Positions 1-9,247 of a stretch of DNA of 15,001 bases are shown piece after piece (within the stretch, counting starts at the first letter, position 1; every line of letters begins with the position of its first letter). The translations under genes were made by a program, and so were the position numbers. Source of the stretch: Fastidiosibacter lacustris (lineage in GTDB: Bacteria > Pseudomonadota > Gammaproteobacteria > Francisellales > Francisellaceae); contig NZ_QLIR01000028.1 of assembly GCF_003428155.1 (NCBI RefSeq), forward strand, positions 1-15,001, read 5' to 3'. The notes beneath the pieces were generated by a model. It was not told the DNA's origin and searched no databases. It worked only from the letters and a program-made list of their open reading frames with translations.

Positions 1-1
1 A

Positions 2-73
2 ACACCAATAGCAACTTTTACTGATGGGAAAACGCACTGGCAAGAGAAGGTTGAATTGCTCAACCATATCTGA
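2..73 (+). CDS. Possible C-terminal end of a plus-strand gene entering from the left edge (TPIATFTDGKTHWQEKVELLNHI*), convergent with sspB; identity unknown
   Basis: Open frame from the window edge (23 codons) ending in TGA at 71-73. Too short to identify. Confidence 0.25.
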   Translation, partial: TPIATFTDGKTHWQEKVELLNHI

Positions 74-156
74 CAAAAATCGCGTTTGAAAAATAGGCAA
101 CTGTCAGGTCAAGTCTAAACTTATACAAATTAGTTGCATACTAATCAAAACTTCTA

Positions 157-564
157 TTACACAAGGTGAAGCCCTCCACTTCCTTTTTGTGATTTGCATT
201 TTGGTGGATTGACTTCTTCTTCACTGTTGCCTTCATTGACATCAATGCCATAGCCAAATTCACGAGCATATAGACCTTGCGATGTTTCACCTGAGTAAAG
301 TTCAAGAACAGCTTCAACGGGAATTTGGAGCGACATCATCTCTCCATCAAAAGTCGCATCAAATCGAACAAACTGGTCATCACAACCAAAGTGCTCGATT
401 GCTTCAGGAGAAATATTTAATAAAATCTTACCATCTTCATCAACGTGATTCTCTGGCAATATCATATTTTCATATTCACTATCAACCAATAGATAAGGTG
501 TAAGGTTGTGATCTAACATCCAATCATAAGTGGCTTCAATCAAATAGGCTCTTAACATTGCCAT
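157..564 (-). CDS. sspB: ClpXP protease specificity-enhancing factor SspB
   Basis: 135 aa ORF, N-terminus MAMLRAYLIEATYDWMLDHNLTPYLLVDSEY, central NISPEAIEHF..., acidic linker and short hydrophobic C-terminus GGLHLV. Directly downstream of sspA, the usual arrangement. Confidence 0.93.
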   Translation of the reverse strand: MAMLRAYLIEATYDWMLDHNLTPYLLVDSEYENMILPENHVDEDGKILLNISPEAIEHFGCDDQFVRFDATFDGEMMSLQIPVEAVLELYSGETSQGLYAREFGYGIDVNEGNSEEEVNPPKCKSQKGSGGLHLV

Positions 565-567
565 ATA

Positions 568-1185
568 CTATTCTCTCCTTTCATGTCTAATACTTTTTCT
601 AAATGATTCGCGTTCAAATAGGCGCTTAGCATATTTGATTAAAGGCATGGCCTTTTCAGGCAAACGCACATCAAGTTTGGGTAAGTTATACAGAATAATA
701 GCCATTGAACAGTCAACGATTGTAAATTCCTCACCTAATAAATAAGGTTGTCTATTGAGCGTGTGAATAAGACTAAACAGCGTCTTTAAAAGTGCTATTT
801 TATTAGCTTGTTTGATATTTTCGTCGTCTGCATTTAAAGCGTTAACCAACAGTGGCATCCACTCAGTGTCAATTTTTTTGCACAGCATGCGTGCTTGAGC
901 GCGCTCAAGCGGAAACACGGATAATAAAGGAGGATAAGGAAAACGCTCTTCAAGATATTCAAAGATAATACTTGGTTCATAAACGATAAGATCTTTTGTC
1001 ATTAGCGTTGGCACTCCACCATAAGGATTAAGCTCGTAGAGTTCTTCCAACTTATTTTCTTTTTCAACGTCAATGATGTCAGCATTAATATCTTTTTCAG
1101 CAAGTATCATTCTAACACGATGGCAAAAGGGATCATTACTATTTACATACAAAGTCATTGATGATCGTTTGTTTTGAGCAGACAT
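568..1185 (-). CDS. sspA: Stringent starvation protein A (glutathione S-transferase-like)
   Basis: GST-fold protein with SNDPFCHRVRMILAEK...NPYGGVPTLMTKDLIVYEPSIIFEYLEERFPYPPLL. The track start (1194) is a TTG; the ATG at 1183-1185 gives MSAQNKRSS and has AAGGA upstream. Confidence 0.93.
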   Translation of the reverse strand: MSAQNKRSSMTLYVNSNDPFCHRVRMILAEKDINADIIDVEKENKLEELYELNPYGGVPTLMTKDLIVYEPSIIFEYLEERFPYPPLLSVFPLERAQARMLCKKIDTEWMPLLVNALNADDENIKQANKIALLKTLFSLIHTLNRQPYLLGEEFTIVDCSMAIILYNLPKLDVRLPEKAMPLIKYAKRLFERESFRKSIRHERRE

Positions 1186-1223
1186 ATATCTCAACTTTCC
1201 TTATTCAATAGTTGCACGCAAGT

Positions 1224-1229
1224 ATTATA
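1224..1229 (-). promoter_or_regulatory. Candidate -10 box (TATAAT) for a local sspA promoter just after the rpsI terminator
   Basis: ATTATA on plus = TATAAT on minus, about 40 nt upstream of the sspA ATG. No good -35 match, as it would fall inside the terminator hairpin. Confidence 0.3.
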
Positions 1230-1235
1230 TATAAC

Positions 1236-1272
1236 AAAAAAGCCCCTCTGCAATATGACAGTTGGGCTTTTG
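1236..1272 (-). terminator. Rho-independent terminator of the rplM-rpsI operon
   Basis: Minus strand AAAAGCCCaaCTGtcatattgCAGaGGGGCTTTTTT: GC-containing stem followed by a T tract, about 35 nt after the rpsI stop. Confidence 0.7.
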
Positions 1273-1306
1273 TGGTGTTTGTAAGCTGAAAATAAAAAGT
1301 ATTTTC

Positions 1307-1699
1307 TTAGCGCTTAGAGAATTGACGTTTTCTACGTGCTTTTCTAAAACCAACTTTCTTACGCTCAACTTTACGTGAGTCGCGGGTAATAAATCCAGCT
1401 TGGCGAAGTTCAGGTTTTAATGTTTCATCAAAGTCTACTAAGGCACGAGCAATACCTAAACGGATTGCACCAGATTGACCAGTTTCACCTCCACCATGAA
1501 CATTGATTTTAAAATCAAAATTTTCAAGATTGTTTGTCAAATCAAGTGGTTGTCTAACAATCATGCTTGCAGTTTTGCGACCGAAATACTCATCTAATGG
1601 AAGTTTATTAACGATGATTTTGCCAGTGCCTTTTTTCATGAATACACGTGCAACTGAGCTTTTGCGACGACCAGTACCATAATTATATGTTTGAGTCAT
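1307..1699 (-). CDS. rpsI: 30S ribosomal protein S9
   Basis: 130 aa, [22 protein letters not shown]...[14 protein letters not shown]...[24 protein letters not shown]. Confidence 0.98.
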   Translation of the reverse strand: MTQTYNYGTGRRKSSVARVFMKKGTGKIIVNKLPLDEYFGRKTASMIVRQPLDLTNNLENFDFKINVHGGGETGQSGAIRLGIARALVDFDETLKPELRQAGFITRDSRKVERKKVGFRKARRKRQFSKR

Positions 1700-1714
1700 T
1701 GTTCCTATCCTGCC

Positions 1715-2143
1715 TTATATTTCTAAAACTTGTGGTTGTTGCGCTGTATGTGGGTGAACATCACCTGCATAAACTTTTAGTTTTTTGTACATCGCACGAC
1801 CTAAAGGATTTTTAGGAAGCATGCCTTTAACTGCTTGTTCAATTGCACGTTCTGGGTGCTTGGCAATAAGTGTTTCGAAAGAAATAGATTTAAGACCACC
1901 AATATAACCAGTGTGATGATAATAAATTTTATCTTTTTGCTTGTTACCTGTTACAGCCACTTTATCAGCATTAATAACTACAATATAATCACCTGTGTCA
2001 ACATGTGGTGTATACTCAGGTTTGTGCTTCCCACGAAGACGTCTTGCAACCTCAGTTGCAAGGCGACCTAAAGTTTTTCCATTTGCATCGATCAATAGCC
2101 ACTCTCTTTTGACTTGATCGGTTTTAGCGCTAAACGTTTTCAT
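1715..2143 (-). CDS. rplM: 50S ribosomal protein L13
   Basis: 142 aa, [61 protein letters not shown]; adjacent to rpsI as is typical. Confidence 0.98.
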   Translation of the reverse strand: MKTFSAKTDQVKREWLLIDANGKTLGRLATEVARRLRGKHKPEYTPHVDTGDYIVVINADKVAVTGNKQKDKIYYHHTGYIGGLKSISFETLIAKHPERAIEQAVKGMLPKNPLGRAMYKKLKVYAGDVHPHTAQQPQVLEI

Positions 2144-2231
2144 CTTTGTTACCTTAATATTTATTATTAACTACTCAGTTTTGCACAAATTTCTTTAGAT
2201 TTTCTCAAATCCATAAAATTTAAGCCAGGCG

Positions 2232-2237
2232 ATTCTA
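2232..2237 (-). promoter_or_regulatory. Candidate extended -10 (TGaTAGAAT) promoter of rplM-rpsI
   Basis: Minus strand TTGACCATACTCTATGATAGAAT about 90 nt upstream of the rplM ATG. The extended TG motif is present; -35 spacing is poor. Confidence 0.3.
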
Positions 2238-2455
2238 TCATAGAGTATGGTCAAAAAGAAGCATTAAATTTGATTTTCCAAGATGTGATTTGAATCTTGA
2301 ATTGTATTAAACGATATTAAATAAAAGAGCGCTATTTTGAAGTTTTATTTGAGTAAAATTCGGTGTTGTATGCCTTTTGATCGCTTGTTTTTGGTAGATA
2401 AACCTTTTTTTAAAAAAAAGTATAATTTGTCCCTTTTCATTTGAAAAAATGCCGT

Positions 2456-2461
2456 TATAAT
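2456..2461 (+). promoter_or_regulatory. Candidate -10 box (TATAAT) for tRNA-Ser
   Basis: Consensus TATAAT ending 12 nt before the tRNA 5' end, with A/T tracts upstream. Confidence 0.5.
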
Positions 2462-2473
2462 TGGTTGCAATTC

Positions 2474-2561
<88 letters not shown>

Positions 2562-2749
2562 TAAGTATATCCTTTTAGTTATGTCTATAAATCAAGTAAA
2601 AAGCGATAAAATAATACAAAGTCAAAAATAAAAAACACGTAGATCAATTTCGTATCGCATTAAAAAATTATAACGTTATGTGTTTTAAAAATTCTTTTTG
2701 TTAATCATTTTTAAAGCCTTAAATCAAGCCCAAATGTAATTGCGTAGAT

Positions 2750-4147
2750 CTATCGAAACTTGCCACCTTTTCCAGGTGGTAATATCTGCTGAACGTTCTG
2801 TATATTCTTCATACTGCGCATGGTTCCAAGCATTTTACCAAGTCCACCTTTCTCGCTTACTTTCTTCATTATTTTTTGCATATCTATAAACTGTTTTAAT
2901 AAGCGATTAACATCTTGTACTTGTGTACCAGAGCCATTGGCAATTCGCAGTTTACGAGAAGATTTAATTAACTCTGGTTTGCGCCGCTCAAGCGCTGTCA
3001 TCGAGTTAATAATCGCTTCCATTTGAATAAACGACTTATCGTTGATTTTACCTTGAATGCTGGCTGTTACACTGCCCATCCCAGGAAGCTTATCAAGCAT
3101 AGAGCCAATACCACCCATTTTTTTCATTTGCTGTAATTGAACTTTAAAATCTTCAAGTGTAAATGACTTGCCTTTTTTAAGCTTATTAACAAGTTCTTTC
3201 GCTTCTTTTTTATCAACTTTTTGTTCAACTTCTTCTATAAGTGATAACACATCTCCCATGCCAAGAATGCGTGATGCAATTCGATCAGGATGAAATGGCT
3301 CAAGAGCATCAGTTTTTTCACCCATTCCAATAAACTTGATTGGTTTACCTGTAATCTCACGAATCGAAAGTGCCGCCCCACCTCTTGCATCACCATCAGT
3401 CTTGGTTAAGATGATACCTGTTAGAGTTAACGCTTCATTAAATGCACGTGCTGTTTTGGCTGCATCTTGTCCTGTCATGCTATCAACGACAAACAGGGTT
3501 TCAGTAGGATTAATAGCTTGATACAAAGCTTTGATTTCATCCATCATTTCATCGTCGATGTGTAAGCGTCCGGCTGTATCTACGATCAGCACATCACAAA
3601 CTTGCTGTTTTGCTTGTTGTAGTGCTTTGTTGGCAATCTCTAAGGGGTGTTCTTGTACTGATGATGGGCAAAAATGAATGTTTAAAGACTCAGCCAGCGT
3701 TTGTAATTGCTTAATCGCGGCAGGACGATAAACATCGGCACTCACGACCATAACTTTTTTATTGTGACGTTCTTTTAGAAACTTTGCCAATTTTGCGGTA
3801 GTGGTTGTTTTACCCGAACCTTGGAGACCAGCCATTAAAATCACAACTGGTGGTTGTGCGGAAAGATTGAGTGATTCGTTCTTCTCACCTAGCGTGTGTT
3901 CAAGTTCCTTTTTCACCATTGAAATAAAGGTTTGACCGGGTGTTAAGCTTGTACGAATCTTCTCACCTAATGCTTCTTCTTGAATGCGAGCAATAAATTG
4001 CTTAACAACAGGCAAAGCAACATCAGCTTCTAGAAGTGCCATGCGTACATCACGTAACGCACCTTTGATGTTATCTTCGCTTAAGCGACCTTGACCTTTT
4101 AATTTATCAAGAGAACTGCCTAATCTTTCGGATAAGCTTTTAAACAT
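2750..4147 (-). CDS. ffh: Signal recognition particle protein Ffh (SRP54)
   Basis: 465 aa, MFKSLSERLGSSLDKLKGQGRLSEDNI, GLQGSGKTTTTAKLAKFL, DTAGRLHIDDEMM, TKTDGDARGG, and a Met-rich M domain. Confidence 0.98.
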   Translation of the reverse strand: MFKSLSERLGSSLDKLKGQGRLSEDNIKGALRDVRMALLEADVALPVVKQFIARIQEEALGEKIRTSLTPGQTFISMVKKELEHTLGEKNESLNLSAQPPVVILMAGLQGSGKTTTTAKLAKFLKERHNKKVMVVSADVYRPAAIKQLQTLAESLNIHFCPSSVQEHPLEIANKALQQAKQQVCDVLIVDTAGRLHIDDEMMDEIKALYQAINPTETLFVVDSMTGQDAAKTARAFNEALTLTGIILTKTDGDARGGAALSIREITGKPIKFIGMGEKTDALEPFHPDRIASRILGMGDVLSLIEEVEQKVDKKEAKELVNKLKKGKSFTLEDFKVQLQQMKKMGGIGSMLDKLPGMGSVTASIQGKINDKSFIQMEAIINSMTALERRKPELIKSSRKLRIANGSGTQVQDVNRLLKQFIDMQKIMKKVSEKGGLGKMLGTMRSMKNIQNVQQILPPGKGGKFR

Positions 4148-4230
4148 ATATCAATACCTAAATTATTTTAATAATTAATTTCGCTTAGTATTGTAATCTG
4201 GATTAGTTATGTTTGCAGTAAATTACAGAT

Positions 4231-4258
4231 AAAAAAATCCCCATACTTAAGATGGGGA
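4231..4258 (-). terminator. Rho-independent terminator of the yccA-like gene
   Basis: Minus strand TCCCCATcttaagtATGGGGAtttttttat: 7-bp perfect stem plus a run of T, about 25 nt after the stop codon. Confidence 0.8.
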
Positions 4259-4281
4259 CAACTGAATAAGAGAGAACTCAA

Positions 4282-4974
4282 TTAGTTGCGATTTCCTGAG
4301 AATATGCCTAGGAATTGTAGAATCATTAGAAAAATATTAAGAATTGAAACGTAGATGGTTACTGTTGCAACGATATAGTTTGTCTCACCACCACGCACGA
4401 TTTGATTAGTTTGCCACAGGATAAGACCACCAGAAATAAATGCAATAATCACAGACAGTGCCAAATATAGTGCAGGCATTTGTAAAAATAGGTTAACGAT
4501 GATCGCAACCAATGCAATTAACGCACCAATACCGAGAAATGAACCCAAACGTGAGAAATCACGTTTAGGATTTAAGGCGATAGCAGACAAGCCTAAGAAA
4601 ATTGCCCCTGTTGAACCTAGCGCGATCATAATAAGCTCAGAACCATTACTAAAAGAAGTGATATAGAAGTTTAAAATAGGTCCCAAAGTCCAACCTAAAA
4701 ATCCAGTTAACGCAAAGGTTAACACCAATCCCATTGGGCTGTTACGCGTCATTTGCACGCCAAATAAAAGACCCAAATAAATAAATAGGGTTAAAAATGG
4801 GTTAAGTACAGGGGCTGCAACCATCATTGACCAGCCTGCAGTAACTGCACTAAAGATAAGTGTTAATGACAATAGCAGATATGTATTACGCAGAACTTTA
4901 TTGGTTTGAACAATGGAAGTGCCCCGCTGCTCAATCACACGTGCATTTTGTTGATAGTTAAATTGATTATTCAT
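4282..4974 (-). CDS. yccA: YccA / Bax inhibitor-1 family inner membrane protein
   Basis: Multi-TM protein with TNKVLRNTYLLLSLTLIFSAVTAG, typical of YccA. Preferred start is the ATG at 4972-4974 (SD GGAG 5 nt upstream) rather than the GTG at 4980, which overlaps the SD. Confidence 0.85.
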   Translation of the reverse strand: MNNQFNYQQNARVIEQRGTSIVQTNKVLRNTYLLLSLTLIFSAVTAGWSMMVAAPVLNPFLTLFIYLGLLFGVQMTRNSPMGLVLTFALTGFLGWTLGPILNFYITSFSNGSELIMIALGSTGAIFLGLSAIALNPKRDFSRLGSFLGIGALIALVAIIVNLFLQMPALYLALSVIIAFISGGLILWQTNQIVRGGETNYIVATVTIYVSILNIFLMILQFLGIFSGNRN

Positions 4975-5067
4975 AATCACTCCGTATTTTAATTATAAAT
5001 CGATACCAAAATCAGTGCCAAGTATATGGGGAATGTCGCTGAAAAAACAATAGCAGATGACTTAAAT

Positions 5068-6546
5068 TCATCCATTTTTTTTACTATAGTAAATAAATTT
5101 TGCAAGCATATACGCACTAATTGCAAATAAAGTACCAAGTATAGAAAGTATGCCATATAAACAAGATAAAGATTGGTAAGTTCTAATCAAATCTGTTGGC
5201 ATGAGTGTCATTTTATTGAAGGATAGTGCAGCAACACCAATTGCGGCACTGATGATAAAAAAGAAGCCCATCACAATTGCTTCATATTTACGTGGTGATA
5301 GTTTGCCAACGATTGCATAGTAAAGTGGTAATAATAAAATTTTTGCAATGGAATTTAGCATTAGAGTCAACGTAAGTAAGTAGTTTCCTGTCGTAACAAA
5401 TTGGTGCATGGATTGAGATAAGAAACTAAAAAAGAGTAATGCACAAGCAATTGAGGTAAGTAATATAGCTAAACTAAACAAACGAATGAGTCTTTTCATA
5501 TGCTGTGTATGTTTATTTTTATTCCATAAAATCGCTGACACAAATCCAATAACCAATACCAAGCCAATATTGGCTTCAAAAAAGAAGTCGGCTGAAGGAT
5601 TTTTGATATTAAAAAAACCATAATTGTGGCTAAATAATTGCAAGTAGTGTAAGAAAATTGTGGTGATATTTTTGTCAGCAAACCAGAAAAATATACTCAA
5701 TGCTAAGAGGATGAGTAGAACATAATTACGTTTTCGCTGATTTGTGTCTTTTTCAAGATAAGCGTAAATAAGCATGATACTAATTGCAATTACGGCAAGT
5801 ACAACGATCACTATTTTCAATATCAATAGACGTTGCAATAAAAAGTTTACAAGAGCTGATAAGACGACCAAGATAAATATAACACTATAAGTTGAAGGCG
5901 TGTATTTAGGTTCGATCCCGTCAATTACACTAATATTGCGATTAAGATAAATACCGCCTGCAAGGAAAATAAGCACACCAATAAGGCTTGTCAACGCCAT
6001 TAAAATAAACCATGTTTGGTAGCTTAAATTGCTTGCAAATGTGCTGCTAATGGTAAGGGATAAAGCTGCACCACAAACGGTGGTCATGTACATTAAAGTA
6101 AAGCCAGCATGGCGTCGTGGATCATCTTGAGTGTATAAAAAACTCAAAGTGGTAAATAAATTAGGAATGACTAACCCAATGGCGATAATATAGCCGGAAA
6201 AACCAATCAATGATAAGTTGTTTAATGAAAGCAAAATGAGTGATACAAACCCATATAATATTCCAATGATAACTGAGCGTCTGTACCCTATGCTATAACC
6301 TAAAAAACCGCCAATAAATCCTGAAGCGCTATATAAAAACAAATTGGTGTAAAGGTTGAAGTTGATACTCAAAATTTGTGGCGTGATTCCTTCTTGAGAG
6401 GGATTGGCAATGCTATGAAGATAAGCACTAAAATGAACGGTAATAGCAGTTGTTCCCATGCTAAATAACAGACTTGCTAATAATAAAAACCATAAACCAA
6501 AGGGTTGTTTAGTATTAAGTAAGAGTTTCTTAGGTTGCAGCTGCAT
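5068..6546 (-). CDS. Divergent POT/PTR2-family (peptide transporter-like) MFS protein
   Basis: 492 aa hydrophobic protein. DDPRRHAGFTLMYM, GGFLGYSIGYRRSVIIG and KLSPRKYEAIVMGFFFIISAAIG match POT-family signatures, but the TM1 ExxER motif is absent. Confidence 0.72.
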   Translation of the reverse strand: MQLQPKKLLLNTKQPFGLWFLLLASLLFSMGTTAITVHFSAYLHSIANPSQEGITPQILSINFNLYTNLFLYSASGFIGGFLGYSIGYRRSVIIGILYGFVSLILLSLNNLSLIGFSGYIIAIGLVIPNLFTTLSFLYTQDDPRRHAGFTLMYMTTVCGAALSLTISSTFASNLSYQTWFILMALTSLIGVLIFLAGGIYLNRNISVIDGIEPKYTPSTYSVIFILVVLSALVNFLLQRLLILKIVIVVLAVIAISIMLIYAYLEKDTNQRKRNYVLLILLALSIFFWFADKNITTIFLHYLQLFSHNYGFFNIKNPSADFFFEANIGLVLVIGFVSAILWNKNKHTQHMKRLIRLFSLAILLTSIACALLFFSFLSQSMHQFVTTGNYLLTLTLMLNSIAKILLLPLYYAIVGKLSPRKYEAIVMGFFFIISAAIGVAALSFNKMTLMPTDLIRTYQSLSCLYGILSILGTLFAISAYMLAKFIYYSKKNG

Positions 6547-6579
6547 AATCGTTACCTAGCTAGTTGGGAAGCAAGTCGT

Positions 6580-7179
6580 TTAATCGCGTATCATGAGCAT
6601 AGCGTAATCACTTAGGACTATCTTGGTGTCAATATCAGGTACATAATCGCTAATTTGAGTCATTTTCAAATTTTTATAACCACAGGGATTGATATAACTA
6701 AAAGGAGTTAAATCCATATTGGTATTAATCGCAATGCCATGGTAAGTGAGTCCCTTTTTGATGCGTAAGCCTAGCGAGGCGATTTTAGTATTATTGACAT
6801 AAATGCCAGGTGCATTGGCAATGGTGTGCGCTTTGATACCGTATTGTTTGAGTAAAGTTATACAAGTTTTTTCAATATGGCAAACGAAATCTTTAACACC
6901 AACACCAAGACGTTTTAAGTCAAATAGGAAATAAATCACAGCTTGTCCTGGGCCATGATAGGTAATTTGTCCTCCGCGATCTGTTTGGATAACAGGAATG
7001 TGATGTGGATTGATCAGGTGTTCTGCTTTACCGTGGCGCCCCTGTGTAAATACGCTAGGATGTTCTAGGAGCCATAATTCATCAGTGGTATTTAGACCAC
7101 GATTTTTGGTAAAGTCGACCATGGCTTGATAAACTTTGTCATATACTGTTAAACCTAACTCTTTGATTAATGCTGGCAT
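6580..7179 (-). CDS. lipB: Octanoyltransferase LipB (lipoate biosynthesis)
   Basis: [48 protein letters not shown] and [10 protein letters not shown] are LipB motifs, including catalytic Lys and Cys. Confidence 0.96.
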   Translation of the reverse strand: MPALIKELGLTVYDKVYQAMVDFTKNRGLNTTDELWLLEHPSVFTQGRHGKAEHLINPHHIPVIQTDRGGQITYHGPGQAVIYFLFDLKRLGVGVKDFVCHIEKTCITLLKQYGIKAHTIANAPGIYVNNTKIASLGLRIKKGLTYHGIAINTNMDLTPFSYINPCGYKNLKMTQISDYVPDIDTKIVLSDYAMLMIRD

Positions 7180-7183
7180 CGTT

Positions 7184-7495
7184 TTATAAAACCATATGAA
7201 TTTCTTTGTGAGCGCTTAAAGTTTGGTAGATGTTATCCAACTGTTCTTTGCTTGTTGCCTCAAAGATTGCAGTAATTGAGATATATTTTCCAGTTTTGCT
7301 TTCGCGTGTAGAAAACTCAATTTTATCAGGCTCATCAACGTATTTCTCGAGTGTATTAAGCACGAATTCAACGACTTCTTTTTGTGGATTTGCCATGATT
7401 TTAATTGGGAATTGACAAGGAAATTCAAAAAAAGTCTCTTGCTGGGGTATGTTTTCCTGAATCTTGGGAGTATTGTCTTTATTATTTTCAGTCAT
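7184..7495 (-). CDS. ybeD: YbeD/DUF493 family protein
   Basis: 103 aa, [13 protein letters not shown]...[15 protein letters not shown]-type region ([43 protein letters not shown]). Immediately upstream of lipB as in enterobacteria. Confidence 0.88.
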   Translation of the reverse strand: MTENNKDNTPKIQENIPQQETFFEFPCQFPIKIMANPQKEVVEFVLNTLEKYVDEPDKIEFSTRESKTGKYISITAIFEATSKEQLDNIYQTLSAHKEIHMVL

Positions 7496-7551
7496 AGCAG
7501 ATCAATCTTTGTGATTTGTGAATTTAGGTTTAGTTTAAAGGAAAATACAAT

Positions 7552-7583
7552 AAAAAGCATCTTAAAGCAAAGTCGCTTTTAAG
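7552..7583 (-). terminator. Candidate terminator of purN, overlapping its 3' end
   Basis: Minus strand CTTAAAAGCgactttGCTTTAAGatGCTTTTTATTG: imperfect hairpin followed by a T-rich tract at the purN stop. Confidence 0.4.
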
Positions 7584-8140
7584 CAAAGTTTGCGAATAAT
7601 TTCAGGATAAAACGTATGCTCAATTGATTTAATTGTTTGCTCAAGTGTTTCTGCGGTGTCAAAAGGCAAAACATCGATGCGTTTTTGAGCAATAATTTCA
7701 CCTCCGTCTAATGTTTCGTCAACATAGTGAATGGTCGTGCCATGCATCTTGTCTTTAGCATCAATCACACGTTGATGTGTATTAAGACCCTTGTATTTCG
7801 GCAATAATGATGGGTGAATATTGATGATTTTACCTTCAAAAGCTCTGATAAAAACAGGTGAAAAAATGCGCATAAAACCAGCAAGCACGATTAAATCAGG
7901 TGCAAATGGGATAATAAGGGCTTTGAGTAGTTTGTCGTATTCTTCACGTGATTGACTTTTACGCTTGGGTAAAAAAAGGCAAGGAATATTCGCTAATAAT
8001 CCACGTGTAATCGATTGAGAAGCTTTGTCTGAAACAATAACACACACTTCAATACCATCTTGAAGATGGAGCTTATCAATGATGGATTGAAGGTTAGAGC
8101 CATAACCTGAAGACAGAATAACCAGCTTATAATTATTCAC
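7562..8140 (-). CDS. purN: Phosphoribosylglycinamide formyltransferase PurN
   Basis: [38 protein letters not shown] and [12 protein letters not shown]-type motif ([16 protein letters not shown]). The track start at 8191 adds a non-homologous extension; a GTG at 8138-8140 overlapping the purM stop gives (M)[11 protein letters not shown]. Confidence 0.95.
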   Translation of the reverse strand: MNNYKLVILSSGYGSNLQSIIDKLHLQDGIEVCVIVSDKASQSITRGLLANIPCLFLPKRKSQSREEYDKLLKALIIPFAPDLIVLAGFMRIFSPVFIRAFEGKIINIHPSLLPKYKGLNTHQRVIDAKDKMHGTTIHYVDETLDGGEIIAQKRIDVLPFDTAETLEQTIKSIEHTFYPEIIRKLCLKATLL

Positions 8141-9191
8141 TGTAGTAGAATACAAAAGGTTGTTGTTGTGTACTGGACTCAATGTGTCCAATTTCCCAGG
8201 CTACTTCACCCATTTGCGTCAAAGCATCTAAAACTGCTTTTTTATCTTGCTGAGCGATAGCCATCACAATGCCAGCACCGCAATTAAAAGTACGCAACAT
8301 TTCTTGTTGAGGAATGTTGCCTTGTTGCTGTAACCATTGAAAAACTTCAGGCAGCGTCCAACTATTGAGATTAATTTTAGCACGAGTGTAATCTGGTAAT
8401 ACGCGTGGAATATTTTCTGTGAAACCCCCGCCTGTGATATGTGAGATAGCATGAATGTTGAATTGTTTTAATAGAGTGAGTATCGTGTTGACATAAATCT
8501 TAGTTGGAGTCAATAGCGTTTTACCCAAGGTGCTATCTGCAAAAGGCATATCAAGTTTTGCTTTACTGTACTCAATTACCTTTCGTACTAAAGAGTAACC
8601 ATTTGAATGCACTCCAGAAGAAGCAATTGCAATGAGTATGTCACCATGTTTTACACGATCAGCGGTGATAATGTCTTCTTTCTCAACGATCCCCACACAA
8701 AAGCCAGCAAGATCATACTCCTCAGCTTGATACATACCAGGCATCTCTGCTGTTTCTCCACCAACCAAAGCGCAGCCTGATTGCTTGCAACCCTCAGCAA
8801 TGCCTGCAATGACTCTAGCAGCTTGTAGCGCGTTGAGTTTACTAGTTGCATAATAATCCAAAAAGAACAAAGGTTCAGCACCACCAACGATTAAATCGTT
8901 AACACACATAGCAACAAGATCAATACCAATTGTGCTGTGATCATTTAAGTCAAATGCAAGCTTAAGCTTGGTACCAACTCCATCAGTGCCTGAAACTAAA
9001 ACAGGTTTTTTGTAGCGATCAAGCGGAAGTTCAAATAATGCCCCAAATCCCCCTAAGCCTGCTAAGACTTCTTTACGCATCGTAGCTTTGGCTAGTGGCT
9101 TGATCTTTTCAACAAGAAGATTTCCTTCATCGATACTAACACCGGCATCTTGATAGGTTAAGGATTGGGTTGGCATTGCGTGTATTTCCAT
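8133..9191 (-). CDS. purM: Phosphoribosylformylglycinamidine cyclo-ligase PurM
   Basis: [63 protein letters not shown]. An internal ATG at 9176 ([12 protein letters not shown]) is an alternative start. Confidence 0.97.
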   Translation of the reverse strand: MEIHAMPTQSLTYQDAGVSIDEGNLLVEKIKPLAKATMRKEVLAGLGGFGALFELPLDRYKKPVLVSGTDGVGTKLKLAFDLNDHSTIGIDLVAMCVNDLIVGGAEPLFFLDYYATSKLNALQAARVIAGIAEGCKQSGCALVGGETAEMPGMYQAEEYDLAGFCVGIVEKEDIITADRVKHGDILIAIASSGVHSNGYSLVRKVIEYSKAKLDMPFADSTLGKTLLTPTKIYVNTILTLLKQFNIHAISHITGGGFTENIPRVLPDYTRAKINLNSWTLPEVFQWLQQQGNIPQQEMLRTFNCGAGIVMAIAQQDKKAVLDALTQMGEVAWEIGHIESSTQQQPFVFYYSE

Positions 9192-9247
9192 TGTTTATGA
9201 GCTCATGCAATGGCGCAGAGTATAAAACAAATGCTAGCAAAAGTCGC

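Noticed and set aside
2562-2749. Possible integrated element or att duplication downstream of tRNA-Ser
   Set aside because: tRNA genes are common integration sites, but no second copy of the tRNA 3' end and no integrase appear in the window. The next gene is the core gene ffh.
5496-5681. ORF 5496..5681 inside the transporter
   Set aside because: Out of frame within the 492-codon transporter ORF, which has family signatures over its length.
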